Source: Candidatus Yonathbacteria bacterium
Lineage (GTDB): Bacteria > Patescibacteriota > Minisyncoccia > Phycocordibacterales > JACNGX01
Reading direction: 5' to 3'
DNA length: 64,000 nucleotides
Assembly (NCBI GenBank): GCA_013334825.1
Contig: JAAXWR010000001.1
Coordinates: 139,769-203,768, forward strand
Of the stretch, positions 34,165 to 45,052 are shown piece after piece. The position numbers and the translations under genes are program-made. The notes under the pieces are model-generated. The model was not told the origin of the DNA. It made no database searches and was given only the letters and a program-made list of their open reading frames with translations. How positions within the stretch are numbered: position 1 is the first letter of the stretch; each line of letters opens with the position of its first letter.

Positions 34165-35379
34165 TTGTATATGTTATTTACCTATAAAATTATTACGCAA
34201 GATGGCGAAGAGAAAGAAGGCTCAATTGATGCAGTGAGTCGCGATGTTGCGATTGCGTCGCTTCAGCGTCGTGGTTTTATCATTGTGTCACTTTCTGAAA
34301 GTGATGAAGGAGGGAGTCTTTTTGGAAAAGAGATTTCTCTTTTTCCCCGTGTGTCAAATAAAGATGTAGTCATGCTGTCACGTCAAATAGCAACTTTATT
34401 TGATGCACATGTATCGGCTCTTCGTGCGTTTCGTCTTCTTGCAACAGAAATGGAGAATCCATTCCTTTCGAAGACGCTCATTGAAGTTTCTGATGATATT
34501 CAGGGAGGCGTTTCTTTATCAAAAGCACTTTCTCGTCACACAGAAGTGTTTTCTGAGTTTTATGTAAACATGGTAAAGGCAGGTGAAGAATCAGGAAATC
34601 TCAATCAGACATTTTTATATTTGGCAGATTATCTTGATCGTTCATACGAACTGACATCAAAGACGAAAAATGCATTGGTGTACCCAACATTTGTTGTTGT
34701 AACGTTCGTTGTTGTTATGACACTGATGCTCACTATGGTTATTCCGAAACTCTCTGCTATTTTGACAGAAACAGGACAGGAAGTTCCTGCATACACAAAA
34801 GCTGTTCTTGCTGCAAGTTCGTTTCTTACTACATATGGTCTCTTTTTTCTCGTTTTGTTAATAGGAGGAGGAATTATGCTTTGGCAATATGGACGAACAG
34901 AACAAGGAAAATTGACATTTGCTCGCATAAGGCTTGAAACGCCATATCTTGGAAATTTATATACAAAGTTGTACTTGTCACGTATTGCCGACAATATGAA
35001 TACGATGTTGTCCTCCGGAATTTCTATGGTTCGTGCAATTGAAATTACATCAACTGTTGTAGGAAATGAAGATTATCGTCAGGTGTTGATGAAGGTATCT
35101 GAAGCGGTGAAGTCTGGCTCGGCTCTTTCCTCTGCAATGGAACAATATCCTCAAATGCCGACGATTCTTGTGCAAATGATTCGTGTTGGTGAAGAAACGG
35201 GAGAGCTCGGTGAAATTTTAAAGACACTTGCCGCGTTTTATAAACGTGAAGTAGATAATGCTGTTGATACGCTTGTGGGTCTTATTGAACCAATTATGAT
35301 CGTCATGCTTGGTCTTGGTGTGAGTATTCTTCTCGCTTCAGTTCTTGTGCCGATTTACAACATTACCGCGGGTATATAG
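34165..35379 (+). CDS. pilC: type IV pilus / type II secretion platform protein (GspF/PilC family)
   Basis: Two T2SSF repeats (LSKALSRHTEVFSEFYVNMVKAGEESGNL and LSSAMEQYPQMPTILVQMIRVGEETGEL) and 3 TM helices. Confidence 0.85.
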   Translation: MYMLFTYKIITQDGEEKEGSIDAVSRDVAIASLQRRGFIIVSLSESDEGGSLFGKEISLFPRVSNKDVVMLSRQIATLFDAHVSALRAFRLLATEMENPFLSKTLIEVSDDIQGGVSLSKALSRHTEVFSEFYVNMVKAGEESGNLNQTFLYLADYLDRSYELTSKTKNALVYPTFVVVTFVVVMTLMLTMVIPKLSAILTETGQEVPAYTKAVLAASSFLTTYGLFFLVLLIGGGIMLWQYGRTEQGKLTFARIRLETPYLGNLYTKLYLSRIADNMNTMLSSGISMVRAIEITSTVVGNEDYRQVLMKVSEAVKSGSALSSAMEQYPQMPTILVQMIRVGEETGELGEILKTLAAFYKREVDNAVDTLVGLIEPIMIVMLGLGVSILLASVLVPIYNITAGI

Positions 35380-35593
35380 TTTTGGTAAAAAGAATTTGAG
35401 ATTTTTCGAAATCATTCGGAATGAGTTTTAAGTGTGTCCTGTATCCTACATGGTATATGATAACGAAGTGTTGAGTTGCGAGTGACAAGAAGAAACAGGA
35501 TGAGTTTCAAGAATACTTACGAATAACGAATATTTACGAATATACGAATACTCCCTGTTTTAGTACATATGCCACTTGTGTCATTCGTACATT

Positions 35594-35618
35594 CCCCAGC
35601 ACCACATAGGGTGCGGGG
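35594..35618. repeat. REP-like palindrome (copy c)
   Basis: ccccagcacc-acatag-ggtgcgggg. Confidence 0.65.
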
Positions 35619-35684
35619 CAGGCGTACACATTCGTTATTCGTATGCTTATATTTCTTCATTCATCTTTCGTATTCGTACTTCTC

Positions 35685-35760
35685 TGCACTGTACACCACG
35701 TAGGATGCACGGCACGCCATGCGGGGTGCAGGGCAAGCGTACAAGTTCGTACTTCGTAAC
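35685..35760. repeat. REP-like element (copy d; degenerate double palindrome plus B flank gcaagcgtacaagttcgtacttcgtaacc)
   Basis: ...gcggggtgcagggcaagcgtacaagttcgtacttcgtaacc. Confidence 0.65.
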
Positions 35761-35887
35761 CCCATATTCCTAACCCTCAATTTTATATTTCTTCATGCAT
35801 GTTCCGTTTCGTATTCTTGATTCGTGCTTCTTGATTCCCGTCTCGTTTCGTATGTTCGTACAAGTTCGTACTTCGTAATCCTTTATT

Positions 35888-35911
35888 CCCTGCACCACGT
35901 AGGGTGCAGGG
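35888..35911. repeat. REP-like palindrome (copy e, consensus, with the C flank cgagtgtccgtccctataacc)
   Basis: ccctgcacc-acgtag-ggtgcaggg. Confidence 0.8.
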
Positions 35912-35998
35912 CACGCTTGATTCGAGTGTCCGTCCCTATAACCTATATTCTCTAACCTATTTCCTAGTTTCTTATCCACAGACGAAAACCCTTGACTA

Positions 35999-36026
35999 TT
36001 TGACAATTTTCGTATACGCGCTATAC
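35999..36026 (+). promoter_or_regulatory. candidate sigma70 promoter of rpoB, implying a ~230-nt structured leader
   Basis: TTGACA (35999..36004), 16 nt, TATACT (36021..36026). Confidence 0.4.
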
Positions 36027-36256
36027 TAACGCAACGATTGGGTTTACGGAGAATACGACGTTACCAAGAACGCCCTTTTTGGGCAACTGCCTTCACAGGC
36101 AATGCAAGGTTGATGCATCTCCGCACGTTATAACTTAATACATCGCACAGAGGCAAGATGACTTGTCTTTCTTTTCGTTCGTGATGTGTTGTGACGTATT
36201 CTTGTTTCAGACGTCCGTCTCTTTTTATTCATAGTTTTTATACAGTATTTGTATCT

Positions 36257-39200
36257 ATGGCGATCACACAAAAACAATTTTCACGGTTCAAGAAACCGCT
36301 CGTCGAGATGCCAAACTTGATGGAAAATCAGTTGGCGTCTTTTGAATGGTCCAAAACTGATGGACTCAAGGAAGTGTTTGAGGAGTTTTCTCCCATTGTT
36401 GATTATTCAGGAAAGAAATTTGAATTGTCATTTGAAAAGTTTGAAATTGCGGAGCCGAAATACGATGAACATGAGGCAAAAGTGAATGAAGCGACCTATG
36501 AAGCACCACTCAAGGTGTGGGTCAAACTCAAGAATAAAACTCTTGGCACGGAAAAAGAGCAAGAGATGTTTATGGCGGATATTCCGCTTATGACCGCGCA
36601 TGGTACGTTTATCATCAACGGTGTTGAACGTGTTGTTGTTCCTCAGCTTGCGCGTAGTTTTGGTGTGATGTTCACCGCGGACGAAATCAAAGGAAACAAA
36701 TATTTTGGTGCGAAGATTATCCCTGCGCGTGGTGCATGGGTTGAATTTGAATCCGATCCTGACGGCATGATTTCCGTGCGTATCGACAAGAAACGCAAGG
36801 TCCCTGTCACATCATTTCTCCGTGCATTTGCTGAAGGTGCAAATGAAAAAGAAATTATTGCTGCGTTTAAAAAAGATGCACCTCGCGATATTGTGGAAAA
36901 ATGTTTTGAAAAAGATCCGGCAAAATCCACTGAAGATGCATTTATTGAAATATACAAACGCCTTCGTGATGGTGAAATGGCCGCTGCGGGAAACGCGCGC
37001 GATTTTGTGAAGGGTATGTTTGGAAAAGAGAAATATGACCTTTCTCCTGTGGGACGTTTTCGTATCAATAAACGTTTCGGAAAAGAGACGGGAGAAAAAG
37101 CAATTCGCGCGAATCGCGTTCTTTCGTTTGATGATATTGTCTCTGTCATTTCGTATATTGTTGAACTCAACAGTACGCCGGATGCCGAACCAGATAATAT
37201 TGACCACTTGGGTTCTCGTCGTGTTCGTTTTTATGGTGAAATGATGCAAGCCAAAGTGCGTGTAGGTATGACGCAGATGAAGCGTAATATTCAAGATCGT
37301 ATGTCCACGGTTGATTCAGACACGACGCTTCCCGTGAATCTCATTTCTCCACGTCCACTCCAAGCCCGTATCAAAGAGTTTTTCACAACCAACCAACTCT
37401 CCCAGTTTATGAACCAGGAGAATATTTTAAGTGAGGTAGAACACTTGCGTACACTTTCTGCGCTCGGTCCGGGAGGTTTGACACGTGAACGTGCAGGTCT
37501 TGAAGTTCGTGATGTACACCCGTCTCACTATGGACGTGTGTGTCCCATCCATACGCCAGAAGGTCCGAACATTGGTCTCATCGTCCATCTTTCTGTATAC
37601 GCGCGTATCAATCCGTTCGGTATGATTGAAACACCTTATGCGAAAGTCGTGAATGGTGTTGTCACAAAAGAAATTGTCTATCTCGATGCATTTGAAGAAG
37701 AACAGTATGCTATCACGCATGCCGCGACTCCTGTGGATGAAAAGGGAAATATTGTTCTTGATCGTGTTGCTGTTCGTCGTAAAAATGGACGTCCAGAAAT
37801 GGTCTCACGTACCAGTGTTGATTTTATTGATGTAGCGCCGAACCAAGCATTTTCTGTTGCCACATCAATGATTCCGTTTCTTGAACACAATGACGCCAAC
37901 CGTGCGCTTATGGGTTCGAACATGCAAAAACAAGCTATTCCCTGCGTGCGTCCTGAAGCGGCACTTGTCGCGACAGGCATTGAAGAGCGTGCCGCGCGTG
38001 ATACAGGACGTCTGGTTATCGCCGAAGAAGCAGGCACGGTGACGGTTGCTGACGCGCGTCGCATTGTGGTAAAAGGAGAAAAGAAAGACCACACGTACAA
38101 GCTTCTCAACTATGTGCGTACCAACAGCTTTACAGGCTTGCACCAACGTCCAATTGTATCAGTAGGAGACAAGGTAAAGAAAGGACAAGTGATCGCTGAT
38201 ATGTCATCGTCCAAAGATGGGCAAATGGCGCTCGGACAAAACGTCCGCATCGCGTTTATGCTTTGGGATGGTGCAAACTATGAAGACGCTATCATCATTT
38301 CCGACCGTCTTGTTCGTGAAAATAAATTCTCCAATATTAAAATTGAAGAATTTGTTGCCAAGGTGCGGGAGACAAAACTCGGTCCCGAAGTAACGACGCA
38401 TGATATTCCTAATGTCGGTGAAGCCAAGCTCAAAGATCTCGATGAGGAAGGTATCATCCGTATTGGTGCTGAAGTTGAACCAGGTGATATCTTGGTTGGA
38501 CGTATCACGCCCAAAGGTGAAACTGAACTTACTGCTGAAGAGAGACTTCTTCGTTCTATTTTCGGTGACAAAGCACGTGATGTCAAAGACACGTCACTTC
38601 GCATGGAACACGGTAAACGTGGACGTGTCATTGGTGTAAAAGTCTTTTCTCGTGAACGTGGCGACAATCTTGATTCAGGTATTTTGAAACAAATTCACGT
38701 GGAAGTTGCAAGTCTCCGTAATCTTTCCGTTGGTGACAAGCTTGCGGGACGCCACGGAAACAAAGGTGTTGTTTCGCGTATTCTTCCTGCTGAAGAAATG
38801 CCATTCGACAAAGATGGTGTTCCGGTAGATATGATTTTGACACCACTTGGTGTACCGTCTCGTATGAACCTTGGTCAGATTCTCGAACTTCACTTGGGTA
38901 TGGCTGCTCACACGCTTGGATATCAGGCGATTGTGCCGACATTCCTTGGTGCGACCGAAGATGAAATTAAAGACGAATTGGTGAAAGCTGGTTTTGAAGA
39001 AGATGGAAAAACCCAACTCTTTGACGGACGCACGGGTGAACCATTTGCTCAAAAGACATCTGTCGGATACATGTACATGCTCAAATTGAACCACATGGTC
39101 CAGGACAAGATTCACATGCGTTCTATTGGTCCATACTCACTTATTACTCAGCAACCTCTCGGAGGAAAAGCGCAAGAAGGAGGACAGCGTTTTGGAGAAA

Positions 39201-39541
39201 TGGAAGTCTGGGCGCTCGAAGGATATGGTGCCGCGCATGTCTTGCGTGAAATGCTTACGGTGAAGTCAGACGATATTGTGGGACGTACCGCGACATTTGA
39301 TGCCATCGTTAAGCAAGAACCACTCAAAATGCCAAACCTTCCCGCATCCTTTAATGTCCTTCTCAACAATCTCCGTGGACTTGCACTTGATATCAGTTTG
39401 GAAAATACAAAGACGGGCGTATCTACCGCTCCCAAGGCACATCTGCGCGCACCATCCGTTGCACCGGTCGATTCGGCGGACGAAGAAGAAAATGACGATG
39501 ATGACCTCGGCGTCTCCTCTTCAGACGACGATGAACTCTAG
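36257..39541 (+). CDS. rpoB: DNA-directed RNA polymerase beta subunit with an acidic C-terminal tail
   Basis: Conserved rpoB blocks throughout. Start at MAITQKQF because the ORF-track start at 36191 is upstream read-through. Confidence 0.95.
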   Translation: MAITQKQFSRFKKPLVEMPNLMENQLASFEWSKTDGLKEVFEEFSPIVDYSGKKFELSFEKFEIAEPKYDEHEAKVNEATYEAPLKVWVKLKNKTLGTEKEQEMFMADIPLMTAHGTFIINGVERVVVPQLARSFGVMFTADEIKGNKYFGAKIIPARGAWVEFESDPDGMISVRIDKKRKVPVTSFLRAFAEGANEKEIIAAFKKDAPRDIVEKCFEKDPAKSTEDAFIEIYKRLRDGEMAAAGNARDFVKGMFGKEKYDLSPVGRFRINKRFGKETGEKAIRANRVLSFDDIVSVISYIVELNSTPDAEPDNIDHLGSRRVRFYGEMMQAKVRVGMTQMKRNIQDRMSTVDSDTTLPVNLISPRPLQARIKEFFTTNQLSQFMNQENILSEVEHLRTLSALGPGGLTRERAGLEVRDVHPSHYGRVCPIHTPEGPNIGLIVHLSVYARINPFGMIETPYAKVVNGVVTKEIVYLDAFEEEQYAITHAATPVDEKGNIVLDRVAVRRKNGRPEMVSRTSVDFIDVAPNQAFSVATSMIPFLEHNDANRALMGSNMQKQAIPCVRPEAALVATGIEERAARDTGRLVIAEEAGTVTVADARRIVVKGEKKDHTYKLLNYVRTNSFTGLHQRPIVSVGDKVKKGQVIADMSSSKDGQMALGQNVRIAFMLWDGANYEDAIIISDRLVRENKFSNIKIEEFVAKVRETKLGPEVTTHDIPNVGEAKLKDLDEEGIIRIGAEVEPGDILVGRITPKGETELTAEERLLRSIFGDKARDVKDTSLRMEHGKRGRVIGVKVFSRERGDNLDSGILKQIHVEVASLRNLSVGDKLAGRHGNKGVVSRILPAEEMPFDKDGVPVDMILTPLGVPSRMNLGQILELHLGMAAHTLGYQAIVPTFLGATEDEIKDELVKAGFEEDGKTQLFDGRTGEPFAQKTSVGYMYMLKLNHMVQDKIHMRSIGPYSLITQQPLGGKAQEGGQRFGEMEVWALEGYGAAHVLREMLTVKSDDIVGRTATFDAIVKQEPLKMPNLPASFNVLLNNLRGLALDISLENTKTGVSTAPKAHLRAPSVAPVDSADEEENDDDDLGVSSSDDDEL

Positions 39542-39580
39542 GAAATCGTTTCGTTATCCGTTTTCACTCGTTTCATTTTT

Positions 39581-42500
39581 ATGACCACGTATCACAATCA
39601 CGATTCCGCCGAGTTCAATGACTTTGACGCAATCGCTATCAAACTTGCATCTCCTGACCGTATCAAGGAATGGTCGTATGGAGAAATCACTAAACCAGAG
39701 ACCATCAATTACCGCACGGGTCGTTCCGAGCGCGGTGGACTTTTTGATGAACGTATCTTCGGTCCCGAAAAGGACTATGAATGTTATTGTGGCAAATATC
39801 GTCGTATCCGTTACAAAGGTATTGTTTGCGAAAAATGTGGTGTTGAAGTTACCAAGGCAATTGTCCGTCGCGAACGCATGGGGCATATTGAACTTGCAAG
39901 TCCTGTCGCGCACATTTGGTTCTTGCGCGGTATCCCGTCACGTCTCGCGCTTCTTCTCGATATTTCTTCTCAAGACCTTGAAAAGGTTGTGTACTTTGCT
40001 GGATATATCGTGACCAAAGTACACGAAGAGGAGCGTGCCAATATCCTCAGAGATATCGACAGTGAATACAAGACAAAGATGAAAACTCTTTCGACTGATG
40101 CAGAAAAAGAAAAACTCAAAGAATCTCTTCAAGATACAAAACGCGAAATCCAAAGCATCGGGCAAGGTCTCGTTGTGGATGAATCTCAATACCATCGCTA
40201 CAGTTTGCGTTACGGAACAATGTTTGAAGCACGTATTGGCGCAGAGGCACTTCATGATATTTGTGCGGATATTGATCTTCCCACAATGGAACAAGAACTC
40301 GTCGCACGTCTTGACTCTGCTCCTGCTGGAGAAAAACCAAAATTAAATAAGCGTATCGCACTTCTCCGTTCGATGATTCGTTCGGGTATTCGTCCTGAGT
40401 GGATGTTTCTCTCAGCCATTCCTGTTATTCCACCGGGACTTCGTCCTATGGTTGGGCTTGAGGGTGGACGTTACGCCACGTCTGACGTAAACGATTTGTA
40501 TCGTCGCGTCATCAACCGTAACAACCGTCTCAAGAAACTCAAAGAAATTGGCGCACCCGATGTTATTCTTCGTAATGAAAAACGTATTTTGCAAGAAGCG
40601 GTAGACGCGCTTCTCGATAACTCTATGCGTCGCGAAACACAAAGTGGCGGTCTGGGACTCCAACGTCGTGCGCTCAAATCAATTGCGGACTCTCTCAAGG
40701 GTAAGCAAGGGTACTTCCGTCAAAATCTCCTCGGAAAACGCGTGGACTATTCGGGACGTTCAGTTATCGTTGTTGGTTCCAATCTCAAGCTTTCGCAATG
40801 TGGATTACCCAAGAAAATGGCGCTTGAACTTTTTCGTCCATTCGTCATTGGTAAACTTTTGGAGCGTGAACTTGCGTACAATATTCGTGGTGCCAATCGC
40901 TTGATTGAAGAAGGTATCCCCGAAGTATGGGCAATTCTCGAAGAAGTTATTAAGGACAAACATGTGCTCTTGAACCGCGCGCCAACACTTCACCGTCTTG
41001 GTATTCAGGCATTTCGCCCGATTCTTATTGAAGGAAACGCTATTCAAGTGCATCCGCTCGTGTGTACTGCGTTCAACGCTGACTTCGACGGAGACCAGAT
41101 GGCCGTGCACGTGCCACTTTCAGATGAAGCACAGAGAGAAGCACGTGAACTCATGGCATCCAATAAAAATCTCCTCGGCCCTGGAAACGGAGAACCGATT
41201 ACCAAACCATCTCAAGATATTGTGCTTGGATGTTATTGGATGACCAAGGATGTTGATGGAGAGACAGGAGAAGGAAAATTCTTCCCCTCTCCCAATAGTG
41301 CAATCACCGCGTATGACTTTGGTATCGTTGGCTTCCGTTCCAAGATTAAGGTTTTGGGAAGTGAACATCCAAAGTACGCTGTGTTTGAAGGAAAAGCATT
41401 TGAAACAACAGTTGGACGATTACTCTTCAACAGTGTCTTGCCGAATGATTTTCCGTATACGAATGAGAAAATTGGCAAAAAGGAATTGTCACGTATCATT
41501 GATGCGCTTATTGTAAAATACGGTATTGATGCGACACCTGACATTCTCGACAAGATCAAAGCATTCGGTTTCAAATACGCGACCCATTCAGGTGCATCAC
41601 TTTCGATTCGCGATATTCGTGTCCCAGAAGGCAAAAAAGCACTTGTGGATACTGCAAGAAAAGAGGTTGATGAAGTAAATGAACAATTTGCGGAAGGGTT
41701 ACTTTCTCGTGAAGAACGTTATCGTAAGGTTATCGAGATATGGCAAGGTGTACGTAATGCTGTGGAAAAACTCATTCCCCAAACGCTCGACAAAGATGGT
41801 TCAGTGAATGACATGATTACCTCTGGTGCGCGCGGTACCATTTCACAGGTAACGCAGATGGCGGGTATGAAAGGTATCATTACAAATACCTCAGGTGAGG
41901 CGATTGACTTCCCGATTATTCCTTCAAACAAAGAAGGATTGTCACCCCTTGAATACTTCATTACGACACACGGTTCACGTAAAGGTCTTGCGGATACCGC
42001 GCTTCAAACCGCGAAAGCAGGATACCTTACACGCCGTCTCGTATATGTTGCAGACAATGTTATTGTGACCGAAGACGATTGTGGTACCAAAGAAGGTCGT
42101 GTCATTCGTCGCATGAATGTGTCTGGTTTTGCTGTTGCACTTGCCAAAAATATTCGTGGTCGTGTTCTTGCTCAAGACGTGAAAGACGCACAAGGTAATA
42201 CACTCTATAAACGGGGAACGCTCCTCGGAAAAGAAGAAGCACAAGCGATTGAAGATGCGGGTGTCGAAGAAGTTGTTGTTCGTTCACCCTTGTCATGTAA
42301 TGCTGAGCACGGTGTGTGTAAAAAGTGTTACGGTGTTGATTTGGGTCGCAACATGCTAGTGGAAATGGGTGAGCCGGTTGGTATCGTTGCCGCGCAAGCA
42401 ATCGGTGAACCAGGAACACAGCTTACGATGCGTACCTTCCACGCAGGAGGTATTGCTACCGCAGGCGGTGATATTACTGCTGGTTTGCCACGTGTCGAAG

Positions 42501-43231
42501 AAGTCTTTGAACGTCGTTTGCCAAAGTCAAAGGCAGTCGTTGCCACTGCTGATGGTCTTGTCTCTGATATTAAAAAAGAAGGCAAGGAATATGTCATTGT
42601 GGTAACAAGTGAAAAATCCGCATCAGCGAAAGCAGGAGGAGATGTTGAATATCCGGTACCGTTCCGCCGCACCCCACTTGTTTCGATAGGAGAAAAAGTG
42701 GAGAAAGGACAACTTCTTACGGATGGGTCCGCACATCTTCCTGAACTCTTCAAGTATGCAGGTGCCGAACGTGCGCAAGAATATATCATTGATGAAATTG
42801 AAAAGATTTATGACTTGCAAGGTGCCACGATTTCTCGTAAGCATATTGAAGTTATTGTGAGCCAAATGTTTTCACGATACAAAATCAAAGATCCAGGTAA
42901 TACAACCTTTGTCGCGGGTCAGGTTGTCGAACGTGGTGAACTTATTGCCGCAAATCGTCAAATGAAAGATGAAGGAAAAGAAGAAGCAAAGGCATCACAA
43001 CTTGTTCTCGGTATCACTGAAGTATCGTTGACCGCCAAGAGTTTTCTTTCTGCCGCGTCATTCCAACATACATCACGCGTGCTTATCGATGTTGCTGTGC
43101 GTGGAGGAAAAGACCATCTCAAAGGACTCAAGGAAAATGTTATTATCGGACGTCTTATTCCCGCGGGAACAGGATGGAATCTTTCTCAAGGAGAATCGAA
43201 GGACACTTCCACTCCAGATTTGGAGAACTGA
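39581..43231 (+). CDS. rpoC: DNA-directed RNA polymerase beta' subunit
   Basis: Zn finger CYCGKYRRIRYKGIVCEKCG and NADFDGD. Confidence 0.95.
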   Translation: MTTYHNHDSAEFNDFDAIAIKLASPDRIKEWSYGEITKPETINYRTGRSERGGLFDERIFGPEKDYECYCGKYRRIRYKGIVCEKCGVEVTKAIVRRERMGHIELASPVAHIWFLRGIPSRLALLLDISSQDLEKVVYFAGYIVTKVHEEERANILRDIDSEYKTKMKTLSTDAEKEKLKESLQDTKREIQSIGQGLVVDESQYHRYSLRYGTMFEARIGAEALHDICADIDLPTMEQELVARLDSAPAGEKPKLNKRIALLRSMIRSGIRPEWMFLSAIPVIPPGLRPMVGLEGGRYATSDVNDLYRRVINRNNRLKKLKEIGAPDVILRNEKRILQEAVDALLDNSMRRETQSGGLGLQRRALKSIADSLKGKQGYFRQNLLGKRVDYSGRSVIVVGSNLKLSQCGLPKKMALELFRPFVIGKLLERELAYNIRGANRLIEEGIPEVWAILEEVIKDKHVLLNRAPTLHRLGIQAFRPILIEGNAIQVHPLVCTAFNADFDGDQMAVHVPLSDEAQREARELMASNKNLLGPGNGEPITKPSQDIVLGCYWMTKDVDGETGEGKFFPSPNSAITAYDFGIVGFRSKIKVLGSEHPKYAVFEGKAFETTVGRLLFNSVLPNDFPYTNEKIGKKELSRIIDALIVKYGIDATPDILDKIKAFGFKYATHSGASLSIRDIRVPEGKKALVDTARKEVDEVNEQFAEGLLSREERYRKVIEIWQGVRNAVEKLIPQTLDKDGSVNDMITSGARGTISQVTQMAGMKGIITNTSGEAIDFPIIPSNKEGLSPLEYFITTHGSRKGLADTALQTAKAGYLTRRLVYVADNVIVTEDDCGTKEGRVIRRMNVSGFAVALAKNIRGRVLAQDVKDAQGNTLYKRGTLLGKEEAQAIEDAGVEEVVVRSPLSCNAEHGVCKKCYGVDLGRNMLVEMGEPVGIVAAQAIGEPGTQLTMRTFHAGGIATAGGDITAGLPRVEEVFERRLPKSKAVVATADGLVSDIKKEGKEYVIVVTSEKSASAKAGGDVEYPVPFRRTPLVSIGEKVEKGQLLTDGSAHLPELFKYAGAERAQEYIIDEIEKIYDLQGATISRKHIEVIVSQMFSRYKIKDPGNTTFVAGQVVERGELIAANRQMKDEGKEEAKASQLVLGITEVSLTAKSFLSAASFQHTSRVLIDVAVRGGKDHLKGLKENVIIGRLIPAGTGWNLSQGESKDTSTPDLEN

Positions 43232-43273
43232 TCCTCTCTCTAAGGCAGGGTCGCATGAAGAGTACATACGCAC

Positions 43274-45004
43274 ATGTCCGACACCGTCGATACAATCAAA
43301 GACCGTTTGTCGATCGTCGATGTTGTCGGCGCGTATGTTGAGCTGAAAAAAGCAGGTGTTAATTATAAAGGGCGATGTCCTTTTCATAACGAAAAGACTC
43401 CGAGTTTCTTTGTCTCGCCTGATCGAGGGACATTCCACTGTTTTGGATGTGGAAAGGGGGGAGACATCTTTTCATTCACCGAAGAGATTGAAGGACTTGA
43501 TTTCAAGGGTGCGCTCAAAGTGCTTGCCGAACGTGCGGGTGTACCACTTGTCGTGGAACATCCAGAGAAAAAAGAACGCCGTGACCGCATCTACGAACTT
43601 CTTGAAGACGCGACGCTTCACTATCAACATCATCTCGTTGATACCGCGGATGCGCGCGCGTATCTTTTTAAGCGCGGAGTATTACCTGAAACACTCAAGA
43701 CGTTTCGTATCGGATTTGCTCTTTCTTCGTGGGAAGAGATGACCACTTTTTTGCGCGCGAAAGGATATACCGACCAAGAAATTGAAAGCTCTGGTTTGGC
43801 AAAATATGGCGAGGACCGTACACGGGGTATCTATGATCGCTTTCGTAGTCGTATCATGTTTCCTATTGCCGATGGGGCGGGACGTATTGTTGGGTTTTCA
43901 GGACGTATGTTTGGCGACGCTGATCCTGATGCTGCCAAATATATCAACAGCCCAGAAACGGAAGTGTATAAAAAATCCCAAGTTCTTTTTGGTTTCGATA
44001 AAGCCAAACGCGCGATGCGCGCCGAAGATACCGCGATTCTTGTTGAAGGACAAATGGATTTGGTTCTTTCACATCAAGCAGGACTTCTTCATACAGTAGC
44101 GCTTTCTGGTACGGCACTTTCGTCTGAGCATGTGACTATGCTTGCGCGGCTTACTCCCACACTTATCTTGTCACTTGATGGAGATACGGCAGGGATTTCA
44201 GCAGCTGAACGCTCTGCACGCATTGCGCTTTCTGCTGGTATGTCAGTACGCATGGCATGTCCTCCTGATGGTAAGGACCCTGCTGATATGATTCTTGCCG
44301 ATACGGATGCGTGGAAAAAGACCGTCGCGGAAGCACCGCATATTGTGGAAAAGTTTATGACGCTTCTTTCTGTTGGGGGAGGAGATTTACGTTCTTTTCG
44401 AACAGAAGTGTCGCGTCGTGTGATTCCACTTGTTGCACTCATTCCGAATGCGGTAGAGCGTGATCATTTTGCGGAGCTTGTTGCCGATCGTCTCGGTGTG
44501 TCTGTGGACGCAGTGCGTGAAGAAATGAGCAAAGCACATGCTCCTATCGTTGAAGATATAAGTGCGATGCACGCTATTGTGCCGAGAGTACCAGACAATG
44601 AGACAACACGCAGATTTCGAGAACGAAGACTTGCGGGGCTTCTCTACTGGCAAGAAAAAAAAGCAGATGCAATCATTGATGTCTCTGAGCTTATCGCCCG
44701 AATACGTGAGACTATTGGTGAAGGAGGGGTATTGTTTCTCGATGAATATGGACAAGAACTTAAAGATACGCTTGCATTTGAAGCAGAATACGATGCCGAG
44801 ATACGTCATGCTGATCCAGTACGAGAAGTGGAACATCAATTTTCACTCTGGAAGAGAGAATTGTTACGTGAACGCGCGCATCGACTCAAAGAATTAATAC
44901 GCATGCGTCAATCTGCGGGAGAAGATACGACTGATATATCGGGAGAACATGTATCACTTATCCGCGCGCTTTCACTCCTTGATGAACACATTGCGTCTGG
45001 ATGA
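43274..45004 (+). CDS. dnaG: DNA primase
   Basis: Zn-binding CPFHNEKTPSFFVSPDRGTFHCFGCGKGGD and a Toprim domain. Confidence 0.9.
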   Translation: MSDTVDTIKDRLSIVDVVGAYVELKKAGVNYKGRCPFHNEKTPSFFVSPDRGTFHCFGCGKGGDIFSFTEEIEGLDFKGALKVLAERAGVPLVVEHPEKKERRDRIYELLEDATLHYQHHLVDTADARAYLFKRGVLPETLKTFRIGFALSSWEEMTTFLRAKGYTDQEIESSGLAKYGEDRTRGIYDRFRSRIMFPIADGAGRIVGFSGRMFGDADPDAAKYINSPETEVYKKSQVLFGFDKAKRAMRAEDTAILVEGQMDLVLSHQAGLLHTVALSGTALSSEHVTMLARLTPTLILSLDGDTAGISAAERSARIALSAGMSVRMACPPDGKDPADMILADTDAWKKTVAEAPHIVEKFMTLLSVGGGDLRSFRTEVSRRVIPLVALIPNAVERDHFAELVADRLGVSVDAVREEMSKAHAPIVEDISAMHAIVPRVPDNETTRRFRERRLAGLLYWQEKKADAIIDVSELIARIRETIGEGGVLFLDEYGQELKDTLAFEAEYDAEIRHADPVREVEHQFSLWKRELLRERAHRLKELIRMRQSAGEDTTDISGEHVSLIRALSLLDEHIASG

Positions 45005-45052
45005 TACGTTGCATTATCTTTTTACTCGTTTTATTATTGATACATCATCATT

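Noticed and set aside
35972-35980. Replication origin suggested by a perfect DnaA box (TTATCCACA) upstream of rpoB and the AT-rich 300 bp upstream of gyrB
   Set aside because: Only a single consensus DnaA box was found, with no cluster, no dnaA/dnaN nearby and no obvious 13-mer DUE repeats. The gyrB upstream AT-rich region looks like an ordinary promoter region.
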